The notes: generated by a model not told the origin, from the letters alone. A DNA stretch of 64,000 nucleotides from Candidatus Poseidoniaceae archaeon (GCA_049616955.1 JBMZIJ010000001.1:753-64752), one strand, 5' to 3'; positions 39,772 to 49,698 are shown, counted from the stretch's first letter. Made by a program: numbers and translations.

Positions 39772-40812
39772 ATGTCAAAGGCCATTATCGAGTGTGTCCC
39801 GAATATTTCCGAAGGTCGAGATTTGGAGAAAGTGAATCGAATTGTCGATGCAGCACGCATTGATGGCGTGAAAATTCTCGGAATTGAACCGGATCCTGAT
39901 TACAATCGTACCGTCATTACCTTCGCAGGAACAATGGAGGCAGTAGAAACTGCTGCCGTTCTTCTTATTGAGAAAGCTATTGAAGAAATTGATATGAGAA
40001 ATCATAGTGGTGAGCATCCAAGAATGGGGTGTGTCGATGTATGTCCGTTCATTCCAATCTCAAATGCAACCATGGATCAATGCGTTGAAATCGCCAAACG
40101 TGTTGGAACAAAGATTGGTCAATCAAATGTACCTGTTTTTCTGTATGGTTTTGCATCGTCGAGTCAAGAGCGACGCTTGCTCTCAACGTTACGAAAAGGA
40201 GAGTATGAAGGTCTTGAAGCCAGATTAACAGCATCTACTTCACTGCATGACGATACAACGCGCTTACCAGATCTTGGATCAATGGCATGGGATGTAAAAT
40301 CCCAAAAAAGCGGAGGCATCACTATCGGCGCAAGAGATATTCTACTGGCCTACAATGTGAATATCGATGATGCTGATCCAAAGATAGCCCAGCAAATCGG
40401 TTCCCTTGTACGAAGTTCGGGTCGTCTCATTAAATCATCAGACGGAGAGCGAAAATTTCGCACCAAAGGTTTGCTTGAATACGTGCAAGGAATGGGCGTT
40501 CCACTTGAATCACATCAAATTAGCCAGGTATCGATGAATCTGCAAAACTACAGAGTAACAAATCTTCATCATGCATTTGATACAATTGACAGTCTAAGCA
40601 AAAACATGGGTGGTTCAACGAAAGGCAGTGAACTCGTTGGCCTCGTACCACTTGATGCTATTGTCCAATCTGGGAAATGGTATGCTGGAGAAGGTCTTTC
40701 CGAAGAAGAATACATTCGAATCGCCATAGAGAAATTGGGTTTGGATTCGCTCGAGACATTTGATCCAACGAAACGAATCATTGAGTTGGCATTGTTGGAG
40801 GATGGACTATGA
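39772..40812 (+). CDS. Glutamate formimidoyltransferase
   Basis: IECVPNISEGR, HPRMG, DVCPF and QVSMNL motifs. Confidence 0.93.
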   Translation: MSKAIIECVPNISEGRDLEKVNRIVDAARIDGVKILGIEPDPDYNRTVITFAGTMEAVETAAVLLIEKAIEEIDMRNHSGEHPRMGCVDVCPFIPISNATMDQCVEIAKRVGTKIGQSNVPVFLYGFASSSQERRLLSTLRKGEYEGLEARLTASTSLHDDTTRLPDLGSMAWDVKSQKSGGITIGARDILLAYNVNIDDADPKIAQQIGSLVRSSGRLIKSSDGERKFRTKGLLEYVQGMGVPLESHQISQVSMNLQNYRVTNLHHAFDTIDSLSKNMGGSTKGSELVGLVPLDAIVQSGKWYAGEGLSEEEYIRIAIEKLGLDSLETFDPTKRIIELALLEDGL

Positions 40813-41441
40813 GTTGGGCTGACAAAACGCTCAGGGAATTTCAAGACGCCCTGGCCAGCAGTGACCCTACCCCAGGGGGTGGTTCGGCGGCAGGAGTTGC
40901 TCTCGGTCAAGCTGCTGCATTATCCGTAATGGTAAGCGATTTAACGCTTGCAAAAGAATCGTTAAAGGACGGATGGGACATTTCAGAACGCGTAAAAACC
41001 GTAGCAATTCCGATGCTTGAGCAAGGACTTGATTTGGCAACAGAAGATAGTAAAGCGTTTGATGCCGTTGTTGATTCTTTCAAACTCCCAAAGGATACCG
41101 ATGAAATGAAAATCAAGAGAAGAGAATCAATCCGAGCCGCTACTCTCGGTGCAGCAGAAGTCCCATACCGTACAGCCACATCTGCCTTACAACTCCTCAA
41201 ACTCTTACCAGAATTGGCAGAGAAAGGAAATCCAAATGCTGCTTCCGACGTAGGAGTTGCTAGCCTACTTGCATCTGCAGCACTGAAAGGTGCAATATTC
41301 AATGTCGAAATTAATCTTCAATCCCTTCCAGAGACTTATGGTGCAGAAATGAGAGAAGCACTCCCTTCTTTGGTTGAAGATGGACGAATCTATTCGAGGC
41401 AAGCCATGGATGCAGTGCGAATTCGATTAACGAACCAATGA
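40809..41441 (+). CDS. Formiminotetrahydrofolate cyclodeaminase family protein
   Basis: PTPGGGSAA, GNPNAASD and NVEINL motifs. Confidence 0.92.
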   Translation: MSWADKTLREFQDALASSDPTPGGGSAAGVALGQAAALSVMVSDLTLAKESLKDGWDISERVKTVAIPMLEQGLDLATEDSKAFDAVVDSFKLPKDTDEMKIKRRESIRAATLGAAEVPYRTATSALQLLKLLPELAEKGNPNAASDVGVASLLASAALKGAIFNVEINLQSLPETYGAEMREALPSLVEDGRIYSRQAMDAVRIRLTNQ

Positions 41442-43676
41442 ACCGGTTGATATCTCTCCATCAATTGTAACGAGTCGGACGACATCGTTACCATCATCTG
41501 CTGCTAACATCATGCCTTGGCTTACGACGCCACGAAGAGGTCGAGGCTGAAGATTGGCCACGAATACAACGCTCTTCCCCACAAGATCTTCTGCTGAGTA
41601 ATACGCCTTGATACCCGCACAGATTGTTCGTCCCTCTGCACTACCATCATCTAATTTGACCACATAGAGACGGTCAGCATTTGGATGATCGTCTACGGAT
41701 ACAATCTTCCCAACCCGTAATTCGACTTTCATGAACGTATCAAAATCGAGATATTCTATACCTTCAGGTGCTTCTTTCTTCATGTTCTTCTTCTCCTTTT
41801 TTCCACCCTTTACTGAGTGTGTTACATCGTTTGAGTCGACTGTATCTTCGACGAATGATTGTTCTTGTTCGAGTATTTCTTCTGCATCTAGGCGTTTGAA
41901 AAGTGGCTCATATGATGCCGATGGCATGCTGACAGATACGGACCAATCGATAGCATCTTGCCATTCAACGTCTTCCAAGTCTTCTTCAATGCCTAACATC
42001 GACCAAAGCCTCTGAGCACTGAATGGCAAGAATGGTTGAGTTACAATGGCAAGAAATCTGCAAATTCTCCAACCAAATGCTAAGGATGAAAGAGATTCAA
42101 TCCGCCCATCCGTACCAACTTCGGTCTTCAGATGTTTCCAGGGCATTGCGGATTGCAACAATTGATTGCCATGTTGAGCGGCAGTCATTGCCGTTCGTAG
42201 TGCTTCTTTGTACCGATGTCGCTCCAAAGAATCCGTCATATCAGCATGCAACTTCTCAAGGGTGGTGCAGAGTTCTTCATAGAAATGCAATTCATCAACA
42301 TCAGGTAACGATTCACCACCTGGTGTATCAGGGAGCCGAGATGATAGCGAGAGGACTCGATTAGCAAAGTTTCCGTATGTGGCAATGAGCTCGTTATTGA
42401 TACGGTCAACAAATTCCCCCCATGTAAAGTCTGTATCGTGGGATTCTGGCATATTGATACTCAGATAATATCGAAGTGTATCTGGATCAAATCGTTCCAA
42501 GAACGAAGGTACCCAAATAGCATGTTTCCGAGATTTTGAAAACTGACCTCCTGCAAGCATAAGGTATTCCATTGCTGGAACATTGTCTTCAAGTCGTAAG
42601 TCTCCGGAAGTGGGCAATTGTATTGGTTCATCAGCAGTTTTTCCACGGCGTGCATGATTTAGCCCCATTAAAATTGCAGGCCAAATGACTGTGTGGAATG
42701 GGACATTGTCTTTGCCTAGGAAGTAATAATGACGCTGTTCAGTATGTTCTTGCTCAAGCCACCAATGTTCCCACGTGGAGGTTTCACCATACATCTCCGA
42801 CCAAATTTGGGAACATGTCAAGTATCCTTGCACGGCTTCAAACCAAACATAGATGCACTTGCCAGCCCATTCATCACCATTCAATGGAACGCTGATACCC
42901 CACTCTAAATCTCGTGTCACAGCCCGCGGACGTAATCCCATATCGAGCCACTGTTTGGTCATAGCACGTACATTGGGTTTCCAAACCGAATGATTGTTTT
43001 CAGCATGTTGCTCGAGTGCTGTTTGGAACAAATCAAGTCTGTAAAACAAATGATCTGTATCACGAATCTCTACTTTCAATTCAGGATTCATTTTCGAAAC
43101 TGGATGTTTCAATTCAGAGGATTCGTAGGTTGCTCCACACGCGTCACATTGATCGCCTCGTGCCCCATCTTCTCCGCAAGAAGGACAGGTTCCCTCGATG
43201 TAACGGTCGGGTAAAAATCGGCCGCCCCCATCTGGATGTACCTCAAAATACTGTTGTGTTGTTCTTTTTTCGAAGAAACCAGCATTGTATAATAGCGTAA
43301 AGTTCTCCTGGACTTTTTGCTTGTGCCGCTCATCGCTGGTTCGATTAAACAGCGAGCCGCCATATGCAATTCCTCGCTTGTCAATGTTCGGCAACCAAGT
43401 GCAACCCAAATCGAGGAGAGCTTTCGTATTGATTTCGTGATATTGATCGACAATATCTTGTGGTGCTACACCTTCTTGCTCTGCTGTTACTGTGATTGGA
43501 GTACCATGTTCATCCGAACCAGATACCATGAGGACACGATTTCCACGTGCACGTTCGAAGCGTGCATGAATGTCTGGTGGAAGATAACATCCTGCGACAT
43601 GTCCAAGGTGCAGTGGGCCGTTTGCGTATGGCCAGGCAACGCATACGAGAACATGGTCGCCATCCGACATACCCAT
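41427..43676 (-). CDS. metG: Methionine--tRNA ligase with a C-terminal tRNA-binding domain
   Basis: PYANGPLHLGH, GSDEHG and FSKS motifs; start could be 43670. Confidence 0.97.
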   Translation of the reverse strand: MGMSDGDHVLVCVAWPYANGPLHLGHVAGCYLPPDIHARFERARGNRVLMVSGSDEHGTPITVTAEQEGVAPQDIVDQYHEINTKALLDLGCTWLPNIDKRGIAYGGSLFNRTSDERHKQKVQENFTLLYNAGFFEKRTTQQYFEVHPDGGGRFLPDRYIEGTCPSCGEDGARGDQCDACGATYESSELKHPVSKMNPELKVEIRDTDHLFYRLDLFQTALEQHAENNHSVWKPNVRAMTKQWLDMGLRPRAVTRDLEWGISVPLNGDEWAGKCIYVWFEAVQGYLTCSQIWSEMYGETSTWEHWWLEQEHTEQRHYYFLGKDNVPFHTVIWPAILMGLNHARRGKTADEPIQLPTSGDLRLEDNVPAMEYLMLAGGQFSKSRKHAIWVPSFLERFDPDTLRYYLSINMPESHDTDFTWGEFVDRINNELIATYGNFANRVLSLSSRLPDTPGGESLPDVDELHFYEELCTTLEKLHADMTDSLERHRYKEALRTAMTAAQHGNQLLQSAMPWKHLKTEVGTDGRIESLSSLAFGWRICRFLAIVTQPFLPFSAQRLWSMLGIEEDLEDVEWQDAIDWSVSVSMPSASYEPLFKRLDAEEILEQEQSFVEDTVDSNDVTHSVKGGKKEKKNMKKEAPEGIEYLDFDTFMKVELRVGKIVSVDDHPNADRLYVVKLDDGSAEGRTICAGIKAYYSAEDLVGKSVVFVANLQPRPLRGVVSQGMMLAADDGNDVVRLVTIDGEISTGSLVR

Positions 43677-43788
43677 CGCTAACCACCATTGATTTTCAAA
43701 TCAACCCTTTTGTCAATACAAAAACAACATTTTCAAGAAGCATGAGTTCTTGGCAGAGTTATCCAACTGGCAGGAGTTCAAGTTCAAC

Positions 43789-44823
43789 ATGAACCTCACA
43801 TTACTCATTTTTTACACAGTTTTAGCGCTTGGTGTGTCGTTTCTTTGTTCTATTCTTGAGGCAGTTGTCCTCTCCATACCCAATACACAAGTTGCTGTGT
43901 GGCAAAAAGATGGAAATCGGCGTGGAGATTTATGGTCAAAACTCAAGGCCGATGATGCTGTAAAACCGTTGACTGCCATTCTAACCCTCAACACAATTGC
44001 CCATACCATGGGTGCTGCTGGTGTAGGATCGGAAGTTCAAAACCAGTTTGGAAATGAGTACTTAACAATCGCTTCTGTGATCCTTACATTGGCCGTATTG
44101 TTCCTGTCAGAAATTATTCCAAAGACACTTGGTACAGCCTATTGGCGCCAACTATCACTCTTTACTGGTATTGTTCTGAATGCTATCACAGTCGTATTGG
44201 TCTTCATCATTGCACCAATCCAGTGGATGAAGAAGATTCTTCCAAGTGCGGATGGTCAATTAGTCACAAGAGATGACCTTGTGGCACTTGCAGATCTTGG
44301 TGAGGAAGAAGGAGCACTGATGGAGGATGAAGAAACTGTTATTCACAATCTCCTTCGTTTGCGTGAAATTCCGATCACTGAAGTGATGACGCCTCGAGTC
44401 GTCGTAACTGCATTACAACAAGATATGACGATTCGGGAAGTTTTGGATGAATATCCAGTGCTTCGTTTTTCCAGAATCCCAGTGTATTCAGAATCCATTG
44501 ATGATGTCCAAGGAGTGGTCATTCGTTCAGAACTGTTGTTGGCTGCAAGTCGAGATGAATGGGGGCGTGGTGTTGAAGAATTTATGAAACCAGTTGAATT
44601 CTTATCAACAAAACAAAGTGTGGATACAGCGCTAGATATGCTGTTGGAACGCAGGCAACAATTCGCTGTTGTACAGGACGAATTCGGAGGCACATCTGGA
44701 ATTCTTACAATGGAAGATGTACTTGAAACACTTCTTGGTGAGGAAATTGTCGATGAACTCGATGAAGTTGATGACATGCGTGAACTTGCTCGTGAACAAG
44801 CGAGTTCAACTGAAGAAGAGTGA
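43789..44823 (+). CDS. CNNM/DUF21-CBS domain membrane protein (CorB/hemolysin-like)
   Basis: SEIIPK, VMTPR and VQDEFGGTSGILTMED motifs. Confidence 0.92.
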   Translation: MNLTLLIFYTVLALGVSFLCSILEAVVLSIPNTQVAVWQKDGNRRGDLWSKLKADDAVKPLTAILTLNTIAHTMGAAGVGSEVQNQFGNEYLTIASVILTLAVLFLSEIIPKTLGTAYWRQLSLFTGIVLNAITVVLVFIIAPIQWMKKILPSADGQLVTRDDLVALADLGEEEGALMEDEETVIHNLLRLREIPITEVMTPRVVVTALQQDMTIREVLDEYPVLRFSRIPVYSESIDDVQGVVIRSELLLAASRDEWGRGVEEFMKPVEFLSTKQSVDTALDMLLERRQQFAVVQDEFGGTSGILTMEDVLETLLGEEIVDELDEVDDMRELAREQASSTEEE

Positions 44824-45798
44824 TTGTTCATCCATCCACTGTTCTATTAACTCGTCTCGATATGCATTTTTCTTTTCATGAGAATGTTTGAGATGTTCGA
44901 CGATATGGTACTTGAAATCGGTTTCTCTCTCTGAGTGAACATTGATCAATAAATCTGCATGAATAGTGCCTAACGTTTGATCGTACATTGATTGAATGAG
45001 GAGAGTTGAACAGCGGGGAAGACCCCAATTTGGCGTGCTTAGGAAGTCTATCGAGTTGACATGAAATTCTTGCGGATTAAGGCTGTTGTAATATTTCAAT
45101 AGTCTGCGCATGAGTGGCCTATGCAGTATTGTCGGTATCTTGAGAAATTCACACGTTTGGTTGTTGATGTATTCATACGATGTAACAGGAGATTCCAAGA
45201 TCATTCCTCGTGCTTTGCTCGAATATGTCATCTCTGTTCGTAGAACACGTTGAGCTACAAAACCACCTAGACTATGGCCATGAACGATGAAACCATTGTC
45301 AAGCCACCCACGTTCATCAAATACAGAAAGAATGGTTTCGACATCATGACAGACGTGCATTGCAGCCCAATGAGGTACTGTTTTGTTTCCACCATGAGCA
45401 CGCATTTCAAACAAAATGCAGTTGTATCCTCGTAATTCATACAAATCAGATCGGCCAATCATGTTTGCAGCCCTAGAATTCCATCCATGAATAAGAATTG
45501 CAAGAGGTTTGGAAGGGTCAATTTCTTTTTTCAACCATCGTACAGGATAGGCTTTGACCTCATATTCTTCCCATATCCATTCGTCCGGCGGAGGTGTATT
45601 CTCTCGTGAAACTGGTAGTCGAAGCATGAACCCTAGACACAATGCATACCACAAATCTACGATAATCAATGGAAGGAACCATAGTAGAATCCGTTCGTAC
45701 GATGTTAACCAAACGACCAACACAAAAGCAATCCATGCACATACATGCAGTATGAATGCTCTAAATCGATGTGAAAACATGAGGATGAATTCCTTCAA
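44806..45798 (-). CDS. Membrane-anchored alpha/beta hydrolase
   Basis: IHGW and GHSLGG motifs; N-terminal TM helices. Confidence 0.82.
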   Translation of the reverse strand: MKEFILMFSHRFRAFILHVCAWIAFVLVVWLTSYERILLWFLPLIIVDLWYALCLGFMLRLPVSRENTPPPDEWIWEEYEVKAYPVRWLKKEIDPSKPLAILIHGWNSRAANMIGRSDLYELRGYNCILFEMRAHGGNKTVPHWAAMHVCHDVETILSVFDERGWLDNGFIVHGHSLGGFVAQRVLRTEMTYSSKARGMILESPVTSYEYINNQTCEFLKIPTILHRPLMRRLLKYYNSLNPQEFHVNSIDFLSTPNWGLPRCSTLLIQSMYDQTLGTIHADLLINVHSERETDFKYHIVEHLKHSHEKKNAYRDELIEQWMDEQSLFFS

Positions 45799-46655
45799 TC
45801 TTCAGATGTTTCATCGGATGGTTCTTCAGCCTTCTCGTTTGCAGAGTCTTCTTTTTCATCTGCTTTAACTTCACGGGCCTTTGCACGATCTTCGACTCGC
45901 TTTGCATACTTCTCACCGAATTGGCTCATGCTTTCGAGTCGAGCACGGAATCCGGATGTTGCTTTTTCTTCCGGGACATATCGTACGAGGTACGAACCAA
46001 ACATGAGGTCGAAAAGACCCTGGTTCAAATCGCTGTTTCGTGTAAATTGCCAATTAACAATCCAAAGAATCATGAAAATAGCCCCGATTGAGGTCATGAC
46101 AATTGGCGCGGTACCGCCATCAGCGATTTGACCGACTTGTGTGAAGAGCATGATGAATCCTACCAAGGACATGAGTCCAAGGTTGTTCACGAACAGGCCA
46201 TGAAGGAATATCGGTTTGGAACCATCGCCACGAATGAATCTCGTTGATGAGGTATACTGTCCAAGGTTCCTCCCAGTGTAGAAGGGAAGGAAAATAGCAT
46301 TGAAGAACCAAATCAAAATGGCGACGATAAACAAGATCGTCGTCTCCAAGCCACCGCTTTTACCACCGGTGAATGCTGACATGAACAAGGCCGCAATGAG
46401 AACTGCAAAATTGGCGAGGAAATTCACCCACCAACTGATGACTCGGCTTAGTTTGGGCGCAATTTCGAATTCAGATGAAAGGCCAGCAGGACGTGCTTTC
46501 TTGACTTTCTCTTTTTTCTCTTTCTTCGCTTTAGCAGGGGCTGCTTTTGCTGCAACTGGTGCGGCTTTTGCAACCTTTGCAGCCTTCACTGCTTTTGCAG
46601 GAGCTTTCTTTGTGCTCTCAGTTTCATTTGATTCAACTTTGTCAAGTAGTCCCAT
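45795..46655 (-). CDS. RDD-like membrane protein with a Lys/Ala-rich N-terminus
   Basis: Four TM helices; GRNLG and QGLFDLMFGSYLV resemble RDD-family motifs. Confidence 0.65.
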   Translation of the reverse strand: MGLLDKVESNETESTKKAPAKAVKAAKVAKAAPVAAKAAPAKAKKEKKEKVKKARPAGLSSEFEIAPKLSRVISWWVNFLANFAVLIAALFMSAFTGGKSGGLETTILFIVAILIWFFNAIFLPFYTGRNLGQYTSSTRFIRGDGSKPIFLHGLFVNNLGLMSLVGFIMLFTQVGQIADGGTAPIVMTSIGAIFMILWIVNWQFTRNSDLNQGLFDLMFGSYLVRYVPEEKATSGFRARLESMSQFGEKYAKRVEDRAKAREVKADEKEDSANEKAEEPSDETSED

Positions 46656-46668
46656 TTTATCGCCTCAT

Positions 46669-47628
46669 TCAGGTGTACATTTCGGAGATTTGTTTGTAAA
46701 TTGCAAAGTCGCCAGATTCAACAAAGGCTGTGATTGATGCGTCGGGCATGTTACCAAGTTGTTCATCAATAATTTTGAAGAATTCACCACGGCGCTCATC
46801 GTCAATTGCTGCTGGGTCAGCACCAACTTCTTTGAACAATTCAAACCCATCGGATGCAAGGAATGCTTCGATTGCTTCCTCTGGTAGTTCGTCACCAAGA
46901 AGGTCATTGACAATTGTGAAGAATTGAGAGAATAAAGCATCGGCATCGCTCATGGATTCTTCCTCAACACCATCTTCAGATGTTTCTTCTTGATCGTCAT
47001 CCGAGCCTTGAACTGGTTCAGGTTGACTCATCAAGGTGCGGCGCTCTGCCATAAGTTCCTCAAGTTGTGGAACGAGGACTCGTAGAGCATCTTTGTCGCC
47101 TTGTGCCTTTGCTTCTTTGTAAAGAGGTTTTAATTCACGGAGTTTGTTCTCAACCTCTGTCAATCGGTCGGGATCTTCTTCATCGAGAAGTTCAACGACT
47201 GGTGCGCTTCGAGCCTCATTGAGTGCTTCTTCACGTTCCTTTTTGCGGAGGACGATAATGTCTCGATCCAATGAATGACCGAAGCGATCTGAATAGCGAT
47301 CGAGTAACGAGCCAGATTCACCGGATCCCAATCGATCAATAGCACCGTAGATTTGAGGAAGGGGCTTGGCTGAGCGTTTTGCCCATAATTCTCCATATTC
47401 ATTAGATGATTCTTCAGGTTGTGGTGGTGCTGGGGCTACTGGAAGTGGAGGTTGTTCAACAGGCGTTGGAAGTGGCGCTGGAGGTAAAGTAGCAGGAACC
47501 TGAGGTTCTGGTGTAGGAGCCGAGGGTAGAGGAGGCAATGGTGCCCCAGGAAGTGGAGGCATACCTGGCAACGGTGGCAGTGGCGATGGTGCACTTTCTG
47601 CTTGTTTGTTCTTTTTTCGACGTCGCAT
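46669..47628 (-). CDS. Hypothetical protein with a polyproline N-terminus, a coiled coil and an acidic C-terminal domain
   Basis: ATG 47628 after a GAGGTGA SD; PLPPLPGMPPLPGAPLPPLP. Confidence 0.75.
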   Translation of the reverse strand: MRRRKKNKQAESAPSPLPPLPGMPPLPGAPLPPLPSAPTPEPQVPATLPPAPLPTPVEQPPLPVAPAPPQPEESSNEYGELWAKRSAKPLPQIYGAIDRLGSGESGSLLDRYSDRFGHSLDRDIIVLRKKEREEALNEARSAPVVELLDEEDPDRLTEVENKLRELKPLYKEAKAQGDKDALRVLVPQLEELMAERRTLMSQPEPVQGSDDDQEETSEDGVEEESMSDADALFSQFFTIVNDLLGDELPEEAIEAFLASDGFELFKEVGADPAAIDDERRGEFFKIIDEQLGNMPDASITAFVESGDFAIYKQISEMYT

Positions 47629-47718
47629 ACACTCACCTCTATATTGACTGGATGGTATTCTACCCTTGAACCTTACCACAATCAGAACATGAAAATATGC
47701 AAATTGTCCTTGAATGGA

Positions 47719-48918
47719 TTACACCATTTTCCCCCAGCCTTTGAGACTCAAGAATGTCGCTGCTGATTCAGAAACAAAAAGTTGATCGCCGTTGGATACA
47801 TCATAACTCTCGTTTCCAAAACGTAGAACGGCGTCGTCCACCACGATTTCAACCGTTACTGATTTATCTGAACCGAATACAAATGCCTCGCTTAGAGCAT
47901 CAAAGGGGTTGCTCGAATCATTGTCCAAACGCTGTAGAGGAAATTCAGTAACACGCATTCCAGTTTTACCATGGAGCGACGTGGGCCACCGAATCTGTCG
48001 ACGGACGTCGATTGTTACGACTTCATCCGTTTCACCAGCAGCACCCAAGACAATGGAGGCATCGGATTTCACCAAATCTAGAAACAATCCTTGAAGCGAA
48101 CCCAACCTCGAAATTTGACCATTACTAACGGAATTTTTCCGCTCTTCATGGAGGAACATATCGGCCAACTTTTTGATACTGGCAGGACCCTTGCCAGGTT
48201 TACCTTCCCTCTGAAGGTTTTCCTTGAGTCCAAGGTGAAGATCCTTCATGATTTTAGCAGAGCCTTCAGCTTCTTGTGCAATATCGACGAGTTTGTCAAT
48301 GAGCGATGGAATTTGTTCGCGAATTCGTTTCGTCCACCCATTCGCGGAATCGTCATTGAAGCGTGTGAGCCCCCCTTGTACATCAACACCTTCTCCACGA
48401 ATATGCGATACTAATTCTCGTCTAGCCTCTGAATCCAGATGAAAAAGTGAGGGATCACGGTAATGGAGATGGAAGCCACGATGTCCAGAAAATGTCACTT
48501 GTAGAAATTGTTCATCAAAACCAAATTCAGGTTGCAGAAAGTCATTCCATAAGCCGTGTGCTTGTTCCTGAATCACATTCAACATTGCTGGAAAATCTCG
48601 ATCTGTTACTCCGGGCAAGTGATCTCCATCAAGATCAAAAATAAGATCCGCACCTTGCCAAACTTTGTCATCCATTTTCAGTTCGTAAGGCTTCTTCCAA
48701 TAAGCCGTAGAATAGAAGCATGAATGCATGGCACGTTCTGATAGAAATTGACGAAGTTCATTTTCGCTTCGAAAGGATTTGTGTCGAAGTGGAGGTGCGC
48801 CTCCAAATGGAATAAACATCCATTCTCTTTTCGGCATCCTCGGTGGACGCCAGTACGTGGATGTTCGATAATATTGGCCAAAACGATGTGCAAAACGTGC
48901 CCATCCAGTTGAAGCCAT
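47719..48918 (-). CDS. priS: DNA primase small (catalytic) subunit
   Basis: LIFDLDGD, FSGHRGFH and DEVVTIDVRRQIRWPTSLHGKTG motifs. Confidence 0.95.
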   Translation of the reverse strand: MASTGWARFAHRFGQYYRTSTYWRPPRMPKREWMFIPFGGAPPLRHKSFRSENELRQFLSERAMHSCFYSTAYWKKPYELKMDDKVWQGADLIFDLDGDHLPGVTDRDFPAMLNVIQEQAHGLWNDFLQPEFGFDEQFLQVTFSGHRGFHLHYRDPSLFHLDSEARRELVSHIRGEGVDVQGGLTRFNDDSANGWTKRIREQIPSLIDKLVDIAQEAEGSAKIMKDLHLGLKENLQREGKPGKGPASIKKLADMFLHEERKNSVSNGQISRLGSLQGLFLDLVKSDASIVLGAAGETDEVVTIDVRRQIRWPTSLHGKTGMRVTEFPLQRLDNDSSNPFDALSEAFVFGSDKSVTVEIVVDDAVLRFGNESYDVSNGDQLFVSESAATFLSLKGWGKMV

Positions 48919-48954
48919 GAAAGAGCCTAACGTTCACAGTTCTTGAACGAAACC

Positions 48955-49167
48955 CTATGCATTTTTCATGTAGAATTTTTCTTCAGTTTCTCCGACAACG
49001 GTAACCGTGTCAGCACCTGTTAATGCAACATAATGATCCCAGCAGTAGTAGTGTTGGTTGTGAACCATAGAAGAGCCGAAGGTAAGGCGAACGCCACATT
49101 CATGACATCGTGGACCAATCTCGCCATTTGGGGCTTGTGCAAGTTGAACGTGTTCGTGTGGCATCAT
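48955..49167 (-). CDS. Small zinc-finger protein (Cx2C-x17-Cx2H)
   Basis: CHECGVRLTFGSSMVHNQHYYCWDHY; AGGTGA SD. Confidence 0.75.
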   Translation of the reverse strand: MMPHEHVQLAQAPNGEIGPRCHECGVRLTFGSSMVHNQHYYCWDHYVALTGADTVTVVGETEEKFYMKNA

Positions 49168-49221
49168 CTCACCTGATTGTTGCTAAAGGTCTCGGTTCTA
49201 AAATGTCGTGCTTGTTTTCGG

Positions 49222-49698
49222 TTATGCGATGGTACTGTTGCTCACCCAGTTAAGTAAATCGAGCGCAACTTCGCATGATTCACTCACTTCAACGTGCTCA
49301 TCGTTCAAATAGGTCTCAAGCACTTCGATTGCATCAGGATTGCCAATGGCACCCAATGCTTCTGCAGCTTCATGTCGTACCATGACATGCTCCTCGTGGT
49401 TTGAGAGGATACGAGTTAATGTCGGAAGAGCCTCATCCATTTGCATTTGACCAAGAACATATGCGAGTTCATGACGCAGCAAAGCACTGGATGATGCGAA
49501 TCCTTCGCACAATACTAGGCATGATTCTGGACTTCGAATGTTTCTTAATTTGAAAACAGAGCGCATCCGCTGAAACATTTTTTCATTCTCATCGAGAAGA
49601 ATTGTTCGTAATTGACTCAATTGTTCAATATCCGATGGAGGTGCAGGATCAACCGAGCCGTATTCACTGGTCTCTGGCCGAGATGTCATCGTCTTCAC
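49222..49698 (-). CDS. Half-length deoxyhypusine hydroxylase-like HEAT-repeat protein
   Basis: SALLRHELAYVLGQM, MVRHEAAEALGAIG and VSESCEVALD motifs; GTG overlaps the mqnD stop (or ATG 49689). Confidence 0.8.
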   Translation of the reverse strand: MKTMTSRPETSEYGSVDPAPPSDIEQLSQLRTILLDENEKMFQRMRSVFKLRNIRSPESCLVLCEGFASSSALLRHELAYVLGQMQMDEALPTLTRILSNHEEHVMVRHEAAEALGAIGNPDAIEVLETYLNDEHVEVSESCEVALDLLNWVSNSTIA

